Shown: positions 1 to 13,895 of the stretch, piece by piece
How the letters are laid out: the number at the start of each line of letters is the position of its first letter
Numbering within the stretch: the stretch's first letter is position 1
Source of the DNA: Eledone cirrhosa
Taxonomy: Eukaryota
DNA length: 64,000 bases
Direction of reading: 5' to 3'
Assembly (NCBI GenBank): GCA_964016885.1
Contig: OZ024747.1
Location: forward strand, 48,050,001-48,114,000
Program-made: the position numbers and the translations under genes
Notes under the pieces: generated by a model
Told to the model about the DNA's origin: nothing
Databases searched by the model: none
What the model saw: the letters and a program-made list of their open reading frames with translations, nothing else

Positions 1-196
1 TCATTCCACTGCAAAGTGGTCGTGCAGGTGCCACGGCAAAAAAGCACCCAGCACTCACTGTAAATGAGGTTGGTTGTTAGGAAGGGCATCCAGCTGTAGA
101 AATCAAGCCAGAATCAGTTCCCGTCCCACTCTTGCAAGCAGGGAAAAAGCGGACGTAAAATGAAATGAATGAAAAAAAATGAATGAATGAATGAAT
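1..196 (+). mobile_element. 3' part of tRNA-derived SINE family 1 with RTE-A-type tail (runs off the left edge)
   Basis: Body matches 8980-9148 and 47100-47289. It ends in CTTGCAAGCAGGGAAAAAGCGGACGTAAAATG followed by (AATG)n, the same 3' end as RTE family A. Confidence 0.8.
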
Positions 197-276
197 ACAT
201 ATATATATATACATATGTATATATATGTATATATATATACATATATATATATATACATACATATGTATATATATAC

Positions 277-324
<48 letters not shown>

Positions 325-353
325 GTTTATATATATATATGTATATATATGTT

Positions 354-789
354 TGTCAACTCTGGATGTCGGTGAGCATGTCCAGCCAACCTCAGTCTCC
401 TCTGTGTCACTTTTGAGCTAACTTTTGGGATGCTCCCATACAGCTCTGAGTTTTTCATCCTCAGTGTATACTGATTAATGTTCAGAGCCATCCTCAGCAT
501 TCTCGTGTAGCACCCATCCACCATCTGAGCGAGTCTCTTGGTCAGTGTCCTAGTCTCAGACCCATACAGCAGCACAGACTCCACTACAGCAATGAAGAGG
601 CGGATTTTGGGAGCCCCTACATGGACACACTAGAAGGGGAAGACCAAGGTTAACATATGTTGATGCCCTAAGGACAGACACTGGTCTGTTGGAGATGCAG
701 GATATGGCAGCGATAATGAGGGACAGAGACCGCTGGAGAGAACTCGTCCATGGATCTCGGGAATTTTACCCGCCTTAGATAGATAGATA
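354..789 (+). mobile_element. 5'-truncated RTE family D copy with 5' inversion
   Basis: 354-608 is the reverse complement of about 51524-51779. 606-779 matches about 51794-51966 on the + strand and ends FYPP-stop plus (ATAG)n. Confidence 0.9.
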
Positions 790-797
790 TATGTATT

Positions 798-850
<53 letters not shown>

Positions 851-939
851 ATATGTTTTATGTGTATATATGTATATATGTGTGTGTGTATATATATATA
901 TATATGTGTGTGTATATATATATATGTGTGTGTGTATAT

Positions 940-1997
940 AAGCCATAACAGAAGAGTTTAAGACTGGCTGTCCACGGGAATTTCTCTATGCTGACGATCT
1001 GGTTCTTATAACAGAATCAGTAAAGGAGCTAGAGTATAAATTCTGGCTATGGAAACAGCAGTTGGAATCAAGATCTGGTTCTTATATATATAAGCAAGAG
1101 GACTGAGAGTGAACCTAGCTAAGACAAAAGTGTTGATGAGTAGAAAAGACAACAAAACTCTGATTTCGTCAGAGAAATGGCCATGTTCGATATGTAGAAA
1201 AGGAACTGGCATAAATTCTATAAAATGCACACAATGCAGATCCTGGGTACACAAGAGATGTAGCAGGAGAGCAGGCAAACTAACAGGTAGGGAGAAATAC
1301 GTATGCAGTAGATGTATATTAGACAATAGATGTATATTAGACAGTAGAAGTCGCATTGATAGACACATTTTTCAAATGCAGGTGGGTGCTATGGAAGTGG
1401 TGGATAGCTTCCGGTACCTAGGAGATCAGATTAGCATGGGAGTGGGGGGGGGGGGATGTTCCGAGGCCATAGTATCTAGAATAAGGACGGGTTGGAAGAA
1501 GTTTAGGGAGATGCTTCCTCTGTTAATGGAGAAGAGGTTTCTCCCTGCGTACGAAAGGCCGGTTATATGATGCCTGTGTGAGGAGCGCGATGCTGCATGG
1601 TAGTAAGACATGGGCAGCAACTGCAGAGGATATGCAACGGCCGGAGAGAAATGAGGCAAGCATGCTCCGTTGGATGTGCAATGTCAATGTGCGATAACGA
1701 CCCAGCATGAATGGGTTTAGAGAGAAACTGTGTCTGAGAGGGATAGAATATAGTGTGCGAGAGAGGAGACTGAGGTGGTATGGTCATGTGATGCGCATGG
1801 AGGATGACCGATGGGTGAAGAAGTGCCAGGAAATGCCAGTTGAAGGAAGACGTGGTAGAGGTAGACCACGAAAAACATGGGCGGGGGTGGTGAGAACAGA
1901 CCTCAGATCGCTGAAGCTCACAGTGGAGAGAGGCTGTGCTGAATAGGACCCGTCCCACCCTTGCAAGCAGGCAAAATCAGACGTAAAATGATAATGA
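940..1997 (+). mobile_element. 5'-truncated, frameshifted RTE family A LINE (RT C-terminal half)
   Basis: YADD-region DNA at about 986-1000. ORF pieces 1109..1570 ([11 protein letters not shown]) and 1707..1946 ([18 protein letters not shown]). Family A tail plus ATG repeats. Confidence 0.92.
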
Positions 1998-2040
1998 TAC
2001 ATATATACATTTACATATACACATATACATACATATATAC

Positions 2041-2092
<52 letters not shown>

Positions 2093-2133
2093 CATATATA
2101 TATACATATACATATATATACATACATATATAC

Positions 2134-2191
<58 letters not shown>

Positions 2192-2217
2192 CATATATAT
2201 ATACATATACATATATA

Positions 2218-2286
<69 letters not shown>

Positions 2287-2300
2287 CATATACATATATA

Positions 2301-2376
<76 letters not shown>

Positions 2377-2406
2377 TATATACATATACATATATATACA
2401 TATATA

Positions 2407-2455
<49 letters not shown>

Positions 2456-2489
2456 CATATATATATACATATACATATATACATATATA

Positions 2490-2542
<53 letters not shown>

Positions 2543-2816
2543 CATATATATATACATATACATATATATATATATACATATATATATACATATATATATA
2601 TTATATATATACATATATATATACATATATATATATTATATATATACATATATATATACATATATATATTATATATATACATATATATATACATATATAT
2701 ATTATATATATACATATATATATACATATACATATATATATATACATATACATATATATATACATATACATATATATATATACATATATATACATACATA
2801 TATACATATATATATA

Positions 2817-2881
<65 letters not shown>

Positions 2882-2947
2882 CATATACATATACATATAT
2901 ATATATACATATATATATACATATACATATATATATATACATATATA

Positions 2948-3008
<61 letters not shown>

Positions 3009-3017
3009 CATATACAT

Positions 3018-3104
<87 letters not shown>
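1998..3104. repeat. (TA)n/(TACA)n compound microsatellite, about 1.1 kb
   Basis: Seen directly; has recurring ATATTATATA interruptions. Confidence 0.98.
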
Positions 3105-3106
<2 letters not shown>

Positions 3107-3306
3107 GCCGTGTAGGCAACACGGTAAAAACCTCCCAGACCCACACTGTAAATGTGGTTGGTGTTAGGAAGGGCATCCAACTGTAGAAAACCTGCCAGAC
3201 AGTCCTATGCGAGCAAGAAAATCACTCTTGCCTCAAGTGGGACTACCCCCGTCCAAACCCATGCAAGCGTGGAACACGGATGTTAAACGTTGATGATGAT
3301 GATGAT
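3105..3306 (+). mobile_element. 3' UTR/tail fragment of RTE family B
   Basis: Near-identical to about 63186-63390; ends GCGTGGAACACGGATGTTAAACGTT(GAT)n. Confidence 0.88.
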
Positions 3307-3492
3307 ATACATATATATATATACATATACATATATATATATACATATATATATACACATATATATATACATATACATATATATATATATACACATATGT
3401 ATATATATATACACATATGTATATATATATATACACATATGTATATATATATATATATACACATATGTATATATAGACTATATATATATATT

Positions 3493-3700
3493 TTATATCT
3501 GTATTTTTAACCGTTGGTCAGTCAATGATAAACATTGATGGCCGAATGAATTAACTATGAAGATATAAAAGATACAGTAGCGAAAACCAACCAAACAGTG
3601 AGTGTGTTCTGTTATTATTTCTGGCAATAGTATTACAACAATATCACCCTCCCCAAGTATAACAATATTTGTTTCGACACACGATTTCATATAAAAATCA
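3493..3700 (+). repeat. About 200-bp dispersed repeat of unknown class (second copy at 19163-19375)
   Basis: The two copies align along their length. The 3' part GACCCTCCCCAAGTATAACAATA also matches 9197-9265 on the minus strand. Confidence 0.7.
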
Positions 3701-3884
3701 AATATATATATGTATATACTAGCTGGCCCATCCATCTGGCGCCCGGCTACCATTGGTGTGTTCTATGGCATCCAGATATATATATAGCTGACGTACCTAG
3801 CTTCGCTTGGATAAACAGACGATAAGCCGTCTGTGTAGTATAGTATTACTGTTATAGTATAGTATTATTATATAGTATAATATA

Positions 3885-3982
3885 TACCGCCGAGGTTTAC
3901 TTTGCCTTTCATCCTTACGGGGTCGATAAAATAAAGTACCAGTAATGCACTGGGTAATTGTGCCAAAAGTAGAAACAATTAT
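3885..3982 (+). mobile_element. SINE family 2 fragment (central domain plus tail)
   Basis: CCGCCGAGGT..ACTTTGCCTTTCATC..CGGGGTCGATAAAATAAAGTACCAGT...GTGCCAAAAGTAGAAACAATT, shared with copies at 20723, 27998 and 36347. Confidence 0.8.
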
Positions 3983-4097
3983 ATAGTATAGTATTACTGT
4001 TGAAAATATATAGTAAACTATAGTATTACTGTTGAAAATATATAGTACAGTACAGTATTACTGTTGAAAATATATAGTACAACAACAACAGCAGCAG

Positions 4098-7000
4098 AAC
4101 CACCTCTCTAGTGCTGGTGACACAAATAAAAGCACCCAGTTCATGCTGTAAAGTGGCACTGGTGTTAGGAAGTGCATCCAACCAGCGTATTAATGCCAAG
4201 ACAATTATGAGCACAACAACAAATATATATCGCATTAACTGCGTAAATAGCAATAGCACTAACCATGTTAGGGCTGCGCACGGTAGTGGGGTGGCTGGTG
4301 AGGCCATGTGCGAGAACCCCCGACTGCCTTCAAGCAATCGCACTACAGGGAAAGGAACAACAAAAATATGAAGACGTCGCATCTCAGGGTTGCAACACAA
4401 TGTTAGTACTCTCACAGATAGATCTGGTGAAATAGCAGAGAAGCTAGAGAGAAGGCATGTGGATATGTGCTGCGTGCAAGAGGTGAGATGGAGGTGCCTC
4501 TGCGAGACTAATCGCAGGCAGACATCTTAGTTATTAGCTTTTCTGGGTAGGTAAGGATGATGGGTTACGGGGAGTAGACATTTTCCTGGCTGAGAGATGT
4601 ATCAATAAGACAATAGAGGTAGTTCGAGTTAATAATAGAATAATTAAGCTTAGATTAGTTGTAGGCAGGAGACTACTGACAATCATCTCTGCCTATGCTC
4701 CCCAATCAGGCCTAGGTAAAGAAGAGAAAGACTGCTTTGACGAGCAACTTTTACAAACAGCCGCAATGACAGAGGACAGAGACATCATTATGCTAGCAGG
4801 GGACTTCAATGGTCATGTTGGACAGAAATGAAGAAGGAGTGAGACTTCTTGAATTTTGTGATGAATGTACACTAACCATTTGCAACACTAACTTCCAGAA
4901 ACCTGCCAACCTCCTGATAACCTACAAATCAGGCGAGCACATAAGCCAGATTGACTTCTTGCTAGTTAGGCAGCAGGACAGACAGATGGTGTCAAATACC
5001 AAGGCATACCCTGAGGAAGAATGTACCCCACTGCATAGGTTAGTCGTTAGTGATATCTCAGTAAGCAAGAGACGGAATGAGACATACGGGATGGTGTGAT
5101 GAAGAAAGGTCTGGAAGCTAAAAGACTTTTCACCAAAATACAAATTTAGGAAAGTCCTTCAAGATGTGTATGGCGAAAAAGAAAACGATTGAGAGTTGTA
5201 TGACATAGATGATAACTGGAATTTCTTACGTGAAAACTTACTGCAGGCTACTGATGAAACTTGTGGCTGGAGCAGAGCTCCAACCAGACAGAGAGTGACC
5301 TGGTAGTGGAACAGCACAGTAGATAGGGCCATTAGAGACAAAAGACTAGCATGGAGGGCTTGGAAAAAAGGTGGGAGTAGAGAAGGGTATACAGCCACCA
5401 AGAGAGAAGCTAGACGTCAGGTGAACTTAGCACGCAGGGAGGCTGAGAGTAGGAGGTTTGCCAATGTTCTGCGACAGGAAGATCAGAGACGTGCGGTGTT
5501 CCACATCGCAAGGCAGTGTGTCAATGCAAATGAGGATGTTGTTGGAGATAAATGTGTCCGGAATGATGCCGGTGTACTTAGGGTCACAAATGATCAGAAA
5601 AAGGAGGCCTGGAAATGTCATTATGAGAGACTGATGAATGTAGAGAACGAATGGAAGAGAGAGAAATTACCCTCAGTACATCTGACAGAGGGACCGGCTA
5701 TTGATACTGAGGAATATAGGGTCCAAGAGGCGATTAAGGAAATGAAAAATGGTAAGGCTGCTGGACCGTCAGGGATAGTTGCTGAGATGCTGAAGGCATC
5801 AGGAGACGGACGTAGGCACTAAACTGGTTGCACGCATCATCAATCAGGCTATATATGGTGGTGTCATACCCAAAGACTGGTGCAGCAGTATTCTCATAAA
5901 TTGCCACAAAGGTAAACGGGATGCTCTGGAGAGGAGCAATTATAGCGGTATAAAACTGATGGATCAGGTTATGAAAGTGGCAGAAAGGATATTAGCACAA
6001 CTAATTAGAGAAAGGGTCAAACTAGATGAGATGCAGTTTGGTTTTGTGCCTGGGAAAAGTACAACAGATGCCCTCTTCTTGGTGAGACAATTACAAGAGA
6101 GGTTCTTAGAGAAGAATAAGCCACTATAGTTAACCTTTGTTGACCTAGAAAAGGCCTTTGATAGGGTACCCTGATCTGTCATCTGGTAGTCCCTAAGGAA
6201 ACTAGGTGTTGAGGAATGGCTTGTGAGGACAGTGCAAACTTTGTACAGAGGTGCTGTCAGTAAAGTCAGGGTAGGAATGGAGTTTAGTGAGGAATTCCAG
6301 ATACAAGTAGGAGTACATCAGGATTCAGTCCTCAGCCCGCTCTTGTTCATTATAGTCCTCCAAGCCATAACAGAGGAGTTTAAGACTGGCTGTTCATGGG
6401 AACTTCTCTATGCTGACGATCTGGTTCTTATAGCAGAATCAGTAGAGGAGCTAGAGAATAAATTCTGGCTATGGAAACAGCAGTTGGAATCAAGAGGACT
6501 GAGAGAGAACCTAGCTAAGACAAAAGTGTTGATGAGTAGAAAAGAGGACAAAACTCTGATTTTTCAAATGCAGGTGGGTGCTATAGAAGTGGTTGATAGC
6601 TTCCGGTACCTAGGAGATCAGATGGGGGGGGGGGGGTTGTGAGGCCATAGTATCTAGAATAAGGACGGGTTGGAAGAAGTTTAGGGAGATGCTTCCTCTG
6701 CTGACGAAGAAGGCTTTCTCCCTGCGTACGAAAGACCGGTTATATGATGCCTGTGTGAGGAGCGCAATGCTGCATGGTAGTCAGACTTGGGCAGCAACTG
6801 CAGAGAAATGAGGCAAGCATGCTCTGTTGGATGTGCAATGTCAATGTGCGTGAACGATCCAGCATGGATGTGTTGAGAGGGAAACTGTGTCTGAGAGGCA
6901 TAGAATATGGTGAGTGAGAGAGGAGACTACAGTAGTATGGACATGTGATATGCATGGAGGATGACCGATGGGTGAAGAAGTGCCAGGATATGCCAGTTGA

Positions 7001-7186
7001 AGGAAGACGTGGTAGAGGTAGACCACGAAAAACATGGGCGGAGGTAGTGGGAACAGACCTCAGATCGCTGAAGTTCACGGTGGAGATGACGAAGGACTGT
7101 GACAAGTGGAGAGATGCTGTGCTGAATAAGACCAGTCTCACCCTTGCAAGCAGGCAAAATCAGACGTAAAATGATAATGATGATGA
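4098..7186 (+). mobile_element. Near-full-length decayed RTE family A LINE (APE + RT), multiple stops and frameshifts, PHD deleted
   Basis: Structured 5' UTR, ATG at 4207. APE motifs ([25 protein letters not shown]). RT motifs ([26 protein letters not shown]). Family A tail. Confidence 0.93.
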
Positions 7187-7388
7187 TACATATATACATT
7201 TACATATATGTATATATATACATATATACATATATATATGATTATGTGTATATATAAATATATATATGTATATGTACATATATACATATATATATATGTA
7301 CATATATACATATATATATATATGTACATATATACATATATATATATATATGTACATATATACACATATATGTATATTTATGTATATG

Positions 7389-7427
<39 letters not shown>

Positions 7428-7845
7428 GTAAATTTATACATATATATGTATATGTACTATATATACATATATGTGTATGTATATATATACATATATATGA
7501 ATGTATATGTATATATATACATTTATATGAATATATATGTATATGTATATCTATACATATAGTTCGAACAAGTCGTTAAAAGAATGAGATGGTTGAGCAC
7601 TATATATACATATATATAAATATGTATATGTATACATATTTATATATATGTATATATTGGCCTTGCAATCAAAAGTATATATTATATGTATATATATATA
7701 TTCATATATATATACATATATATATACATACATATATATACATACAGATATATATATATATATGTATATGTATATATATACATATGTATATATATATACA
7801 TATGTATATATATATACATATATATATATGTATATCTATATATGA

Positions 7846-8580
7846 TGTTGTTTCTCGAGAGAAGGCTACGTTGGTATGGTCACGTGATGCGCATGAAAGA
7901 CGATAGCTGTATAACAAAGTGCAGGGCAATAAAGATGGACGGTAGCCACGGAGTAGGCAGACCCAGAAAAACCTGGGACGAGCTGATAAATTCCGACCTC
8001 ACACACACCTCTCCAAGACAATGTCACTGGACCGAGACCTTTGGCGGTACTCAGTAATAGAGAAGACCCGCCTTACCTAAATACAAAGTAAAACCTACTA
8101 CAGTCAGTAGGCATCTCTAACAAAATACACCCCTGTCCCACCACCCCCACCCCATCCACACCGCCCCTTTCAATGTAAAGTTATGTTGGTGCCACAACAT
8201 CCAGGCCGAAACAAACGAGATCGTGTAGGTGTCACGACAAAAAAACACACAGTCGCAAGCTGTAATGTGGCCATGTAGGCAACACGGTAAAAACCTCCCA
8301 GCCCCACACTGTAAATGTGGTTGGTGTTTGGAAGGGCATCCAGCTGTAGAAAACCCGCCAGACAGTCCACGCTGTAATGTGGCCATGTAGGCAACACGGT
8401 AAAAACCTCCCAGTCCACACTGTAAATGTGGTTGGTGTTAGGAAGGGCATCCAGCTGTAGAAAACCCGCCAGACAGTCCTATGCGAGCAAGACAATCACT
8501 CTTGCCTCAAGTGGGAAAACTCCCGTCCAAACCCATGCAAGCGTGGAACACGGACGTTAAACGTTGATGATGATGATGAT
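7846..8580 (+). mobile_element. 3' fragment of RTE family B with internal 3' UTR duplication
   Basis: [13 protein letters not shown]...GRPRKTWDE coding remnant, family B 3' UTR, (GAT)n tail. Confidence 0.9.
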
Positions 8581-8750
8581 GTATATGTATATATATACAT
8601 ATATGTATACATATATATATACATATATATGAATGTATATGTATATATATACATTTATATGAATATATATGTATATACATTTATATGAATATATATGTAT
8701 ATATATACATATATATACATGTAGTTCGAACAAGTCGTTAAAAGAATGAG

Positions 8751-9146
8751 ATGGTTGAGCACTATATATACATATATATAAATATGTATATGTATACATA
8801 TTTATACATATATATAAATATGTATATGTATACATATTTATATATATGTATATATTGGCCTTGCAATCGTAAGTTTGTGAGTTCAATTCTCAGACCGGGT
8901 GAGCAAGACACTTTATTTCACATTGCTCCAGTCTACTCAGCTGTAGAAATGAGATGATAAGGACTGGGGTCCCTATCATTCCACTGCAAAGTGGTCATGG
9001 AGATGCCACAGCAAAAAAGTACCCAGCACTCACTGTAAATGAGGTTGGTGTTAGGAAGGGCATCCAGCTGTAGAAATCAAGCAGAATCAGTTCCCGTCCC
9101 ACCCTTGCAAGCAGGGAAAAGCGGACATAAGATGATGATGATGATG

Positions 9147-9148
<2 letters not shown>
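8751..9148 (+). mobile_element. tRNA-derived SINE family 1 (A tail); head interrupted by a TA-rich tract
   Basis: B box GAGTTCAATTC at about 8879; body matches the 13095-13488 copy; RTE-A tail plus (GAT)n. Confidence 0.8.
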
Positions 9149-9193
<45 letters not shown>

Positions 9194-10182
9194 CATATAT
9201 TGTTATACGTGGGGAGGGTCACATTTGTGTAATATTGCTAGAATTAATAACAGAATACACACAAAGACAAAAATATTAAATATAGCATCTTTTGGAAGAA
9301 GGTTTCTTCTGCGTCTCCATACTTGAACAGTTCTCTATCCAAAATCTGCAATCTCTGTCTAAATGGAAATTTACCATTATCTCTAATCTAGATTCTATAA
9401 TAAATAGACGCACTGACTTGTTTTCTATCTGCTTGCATAAATTCCATAAAACATTTCACAAAGTATACAGCTAATATTCAATTTTTTAGCAATTTAGAAT
9501 CTTTTTCTCAAAGGCACATATATATATATATACACTTCTTTTAAAAATATACCTATCTTTCTACCTTATTTCAAAGGTTATTATACATTCTATAATACTT
9601 GTTTACTCATTCTACATCGCCCCTATTTATCACTTCCCTTTCTTCTCTTCTGCTAATATCTAACCCCCTTCTAACCTCTTCTTCTAAATTCTCACTCCTG
9701 CCTAACATAGAATCAATTATTACATAATACAATACACTCTTACTCTATATCACCTTGTAAAAATCCTTCGTAAACATATACATTTTTTTTTACGTTAGAT
9801 TATTAATCCTCAATTCATTATTCTTTTCTCCCTTTCATCTAACTCATTATTCTCAATACATATTAACTCTTTCTTTTTCTTCGCACATATTATCAAACCC
9901 CTCAATATACAAACCTTAACTTTACATTATTTTTCTCTTCGTTAATTTTCAAATTCTTTTAATTTATACATTATCTTCCAACAGTTTTCAACCTCTCTAT
10001 GTAAAACAATATATCTTTCTCAGTTATAAAAGCTATCTCTCTCTCTATCACCCATCTCTCCTCCTATCTCCTCCTTCCTCATTATACTCCTCCCTCTCCA
10101 CTTTTTACTCTCACCCCCCCCCCCTCCCCCCTCAAAATAAAATATTTTTCCCAATATCACACATCAATCTAAAACTACTTTT

Positions 10183-10444
10183 CATATGTTGATTTAAAAC
10201 TGCACTGTACACAAGTGTTTTTTAACCTTCATATCATGTCTTCCTGTTTTATCTGATGAAAACACAAATATTATTGCATGATGATATTTGTTTTGAAATG
10301 CGCATAATAAAATACATGGAACTCTTTTAACCATCTTTTGTTCTTATATATTATGTATACTCCAGTCCTACAAACTGTAGAGTGCTTCTTATCCAATATC
10401 TGCATTGCTTTATTGTACTACAATAAAACTCACCTCCTACATAA

Positions 10445-10448
<4 letters not shown>
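10183..10448 (+). mobile_element. Non-coding hammerhead-bearing repeat (Penelope pLTR/retrozyme-like), copy 1
   Basis: Aligns with 13636-13895 (minus) and 15356-15525 (plus). Contains a hammerhead core and ends at a TA tract. Confidence 0.75.
10245..10314 (+). ncRNA. Type I hammerhead ribozyme (family H1)
   Basis: Stem I TGTTTTAT/ATAAAATA; CTGATGA at 10253-10259; long stem II; GAAA at 10295-10298; palindromic A-TGCGCA-T stem III; AUA triplet with predicted cleavage after 10306. Confidence 0.85.
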
Positions 10449-10485
<37 letters not shown>

Positions 10486-10559
10486 CGTACATATATATAC
10501 ATACATACATATATATATACATGTATATATACATACATATATATATATATATACATACA

Positions 10560-10640
<81 letters not shown>

Positions 10641-10696
10641 GTATATATATATATACATACATATATATATATATATATATACATACATGTATATAT

Positions 10697-10727
<31 letters not shown>

Positions 10728-10894
10728 AATACATATATATATATATACATACATATATATATACATACATATATATATACATACATATATATATACATAC
10801 ATATATATATATACATACATATATATATACATATATATATATACATATATATATATACATACATATATATATATATACATACATATATATATAC

Positions 10895-10943
<49 letters not shown>

Positions 10944-11026
10944 CATATATACACGTATATATATATACATACATACACGTATATATATATATATATACAT
11001 ATATACACGTATATATATATACATAC

Positions 11027-11057
<31 letters not shown>

Positions 11058-11221
11058 CATATATACACGTATATATATATATATACATACATATATATAT
11101 ATACATATATACACGTATATATATATACACGTATATATATATACATACATATATATATATACATATATACACGTATATATATATACATATATACACGTAT
11201 ATATATATACATATATACACG

Positions 11222-11253
<32 letters not shown>

Positions 11254-11408
11254 CATATATACACGTATATATATATACATACATATATATATACATATAT
11301 ACACGTATATATATACATACATATATACATATATACACGTATATATATACATACATATATATATATATACATACATATATATATATACATACATATATAT
11401 ATATATAC

Positions 11409-11442
<34 letters not shown>

Positions 11443-11643
11443 ATATTACATATATATATACGTACATACATATATATATACGTACATACATATTATATAT
11501 ATATACACATACATATATATATACATACATACATATATATATGCGTACATACATATATATATACATACATATATATACATATATATACATATATATATAT
11601 ACATACATATATATATATATACATATATATATAAACATACATA
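10447..11643. repeat. (TA)n/(TACA)n compound microsatellite, about 1.2 kb
   Basis: Seen directly; carries a local ACACGTAT variant. Confidence 0.98.
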
Positions 11644-12933
11644 TCATCATCATCATCATCATCATCAACGTTTAACGTCCGTGTTCCACGCTTGCATGGG
11701 TTTGGACGGGGGTAGTCCCACTTGAGGCAAGAGTGATTGTCTTGCTCGCATAGGACTGTCTGGCAGGTTTTCTACAGTTGGATGCCCTTCCTAACACCAA
11801 CCACATTTACAGTGTGGGTCTGGGAGGTTTTTACCGTGTTGCCTACACGGCCACATTACAGCGTGGACTGTGTGTTTTTTTGTCGTGACACCTACACGAT
11901 CTCATTTGTTTCGGCCTCGATGGCGCGGCACCAACATAACTTTACATAGAACGGGGTGGTGTGGATCGGGTGGGGGTGGGGGTGGTGGGACGGGGTGTAT
12001 TTTGTTAGAGATGCCTACTGGCTGGAGTAGGTTTTACTATATATTTAGGTAAGGCGGGTCTTCTCTGTTACTGAGTACCGCCAAAGGTCTCGGTCCAGTG
12101 ACATTGTCTTGGAGAGGTGTAAGTGTGTGATGTCGGAGTTTATCAGCTCGTCCCAGGTTTTTCTAGGTCTGCCTATTCCGTGACTACCGTCTATCTTTAT
12201 TGCCCTGCACTTTGTTATACAGCTATCGACTTTCATGCGCATCACGTGTCCATACCAACGTAGCCTTCTCTCGAGTAAACAACATCTGATCCCTCTTATC
12301 TCTAATTTATTCCTTAGTTCGTTTATGCTTTGCCGTTCACGTATATTACTGTTACACATCCAGCGGAGCATGCAAGCTTCGTTCCTCTCTAGTCTGCGTA
12401 TATCCTCTGCACACAATGCCCAGGTCTCACTGCCATGCAGCATTGCTGTTCGTATGCAGGCATCGTACAACCTGCCTTTCATTTTTAGTGAGAACCCTTT
12501 AGCAGCTAATAGTGGTATAAGCTCTCTGAACTTTTTCCAACCAGTTCTGACTCTAGCTACAGTACTTTCAGAGCACCCTCCCCCACTGCTGATTTTATCG
12601 CCCAGGTAACGGAAGCTGTCCACTATTTCTATAGAACCCTCTGCGCAATTGAAAGAGCTAGTAGTTTGTGGGCACTTGCTGCTACTTATTGCACCAGAGC
12701 ATCGGCCACATGTAAAATCTATGTTCTTAGTTAGCTTACCTGTGATCCCACTACATCTTTTATGCACCCATACTTTGCATTTAGGACATAAAATGGAGTT
12801 TCTACCTACGCCTTTCCTACACACCGAGCACGACCATTTCCCCGAAGGGACCGCCGCCTTGTTTTCTTTCCTACAAACTAGTACTTTGGTCTTAGCCAGG
12901 TTAATTTTAAGTCCTTTTGACTCTAGGCCGTGC
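11643..12933 (-). mobile_element. 5'-truncated young RTE family B LINE
   Basis: Open frame KHGLESKG...TEKTRLT (real part of ORF 12045..13136), 3' UTR, (GAT)n tail; near-identical to the copies at 53662 and 60121. Confidence 0.95.
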
Positions 12934-13094
12934 TTATATAAATATATATATACATACATATATATATATACATACATACATATATATACATACATACATA
13001 TATATATATACATATACACATACATATATAGATACATATATATATATATACATACATACATATATATATATACATACATACATATATATACATA

Positions 13095-13890
<796 letters not shown>

Positions 13891-13895
<5 letters not shown>

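Noticed and set aside
20-48. Resemblance of the CGTG..CACG pseudoknot to pistol ribozyme or preQ1 folds
   Set aside because: It lacks the additional stems and conserved catalytic or ligand nucleotides; only the H-type topology is shared.
11737-11949. Recurrent 70-aa [24 protein letters not shown]... (4 or more copies)
   Set aside because: It is antisense to the B 3' UTR; the recurrence reflects recent copying, not coding constraint.
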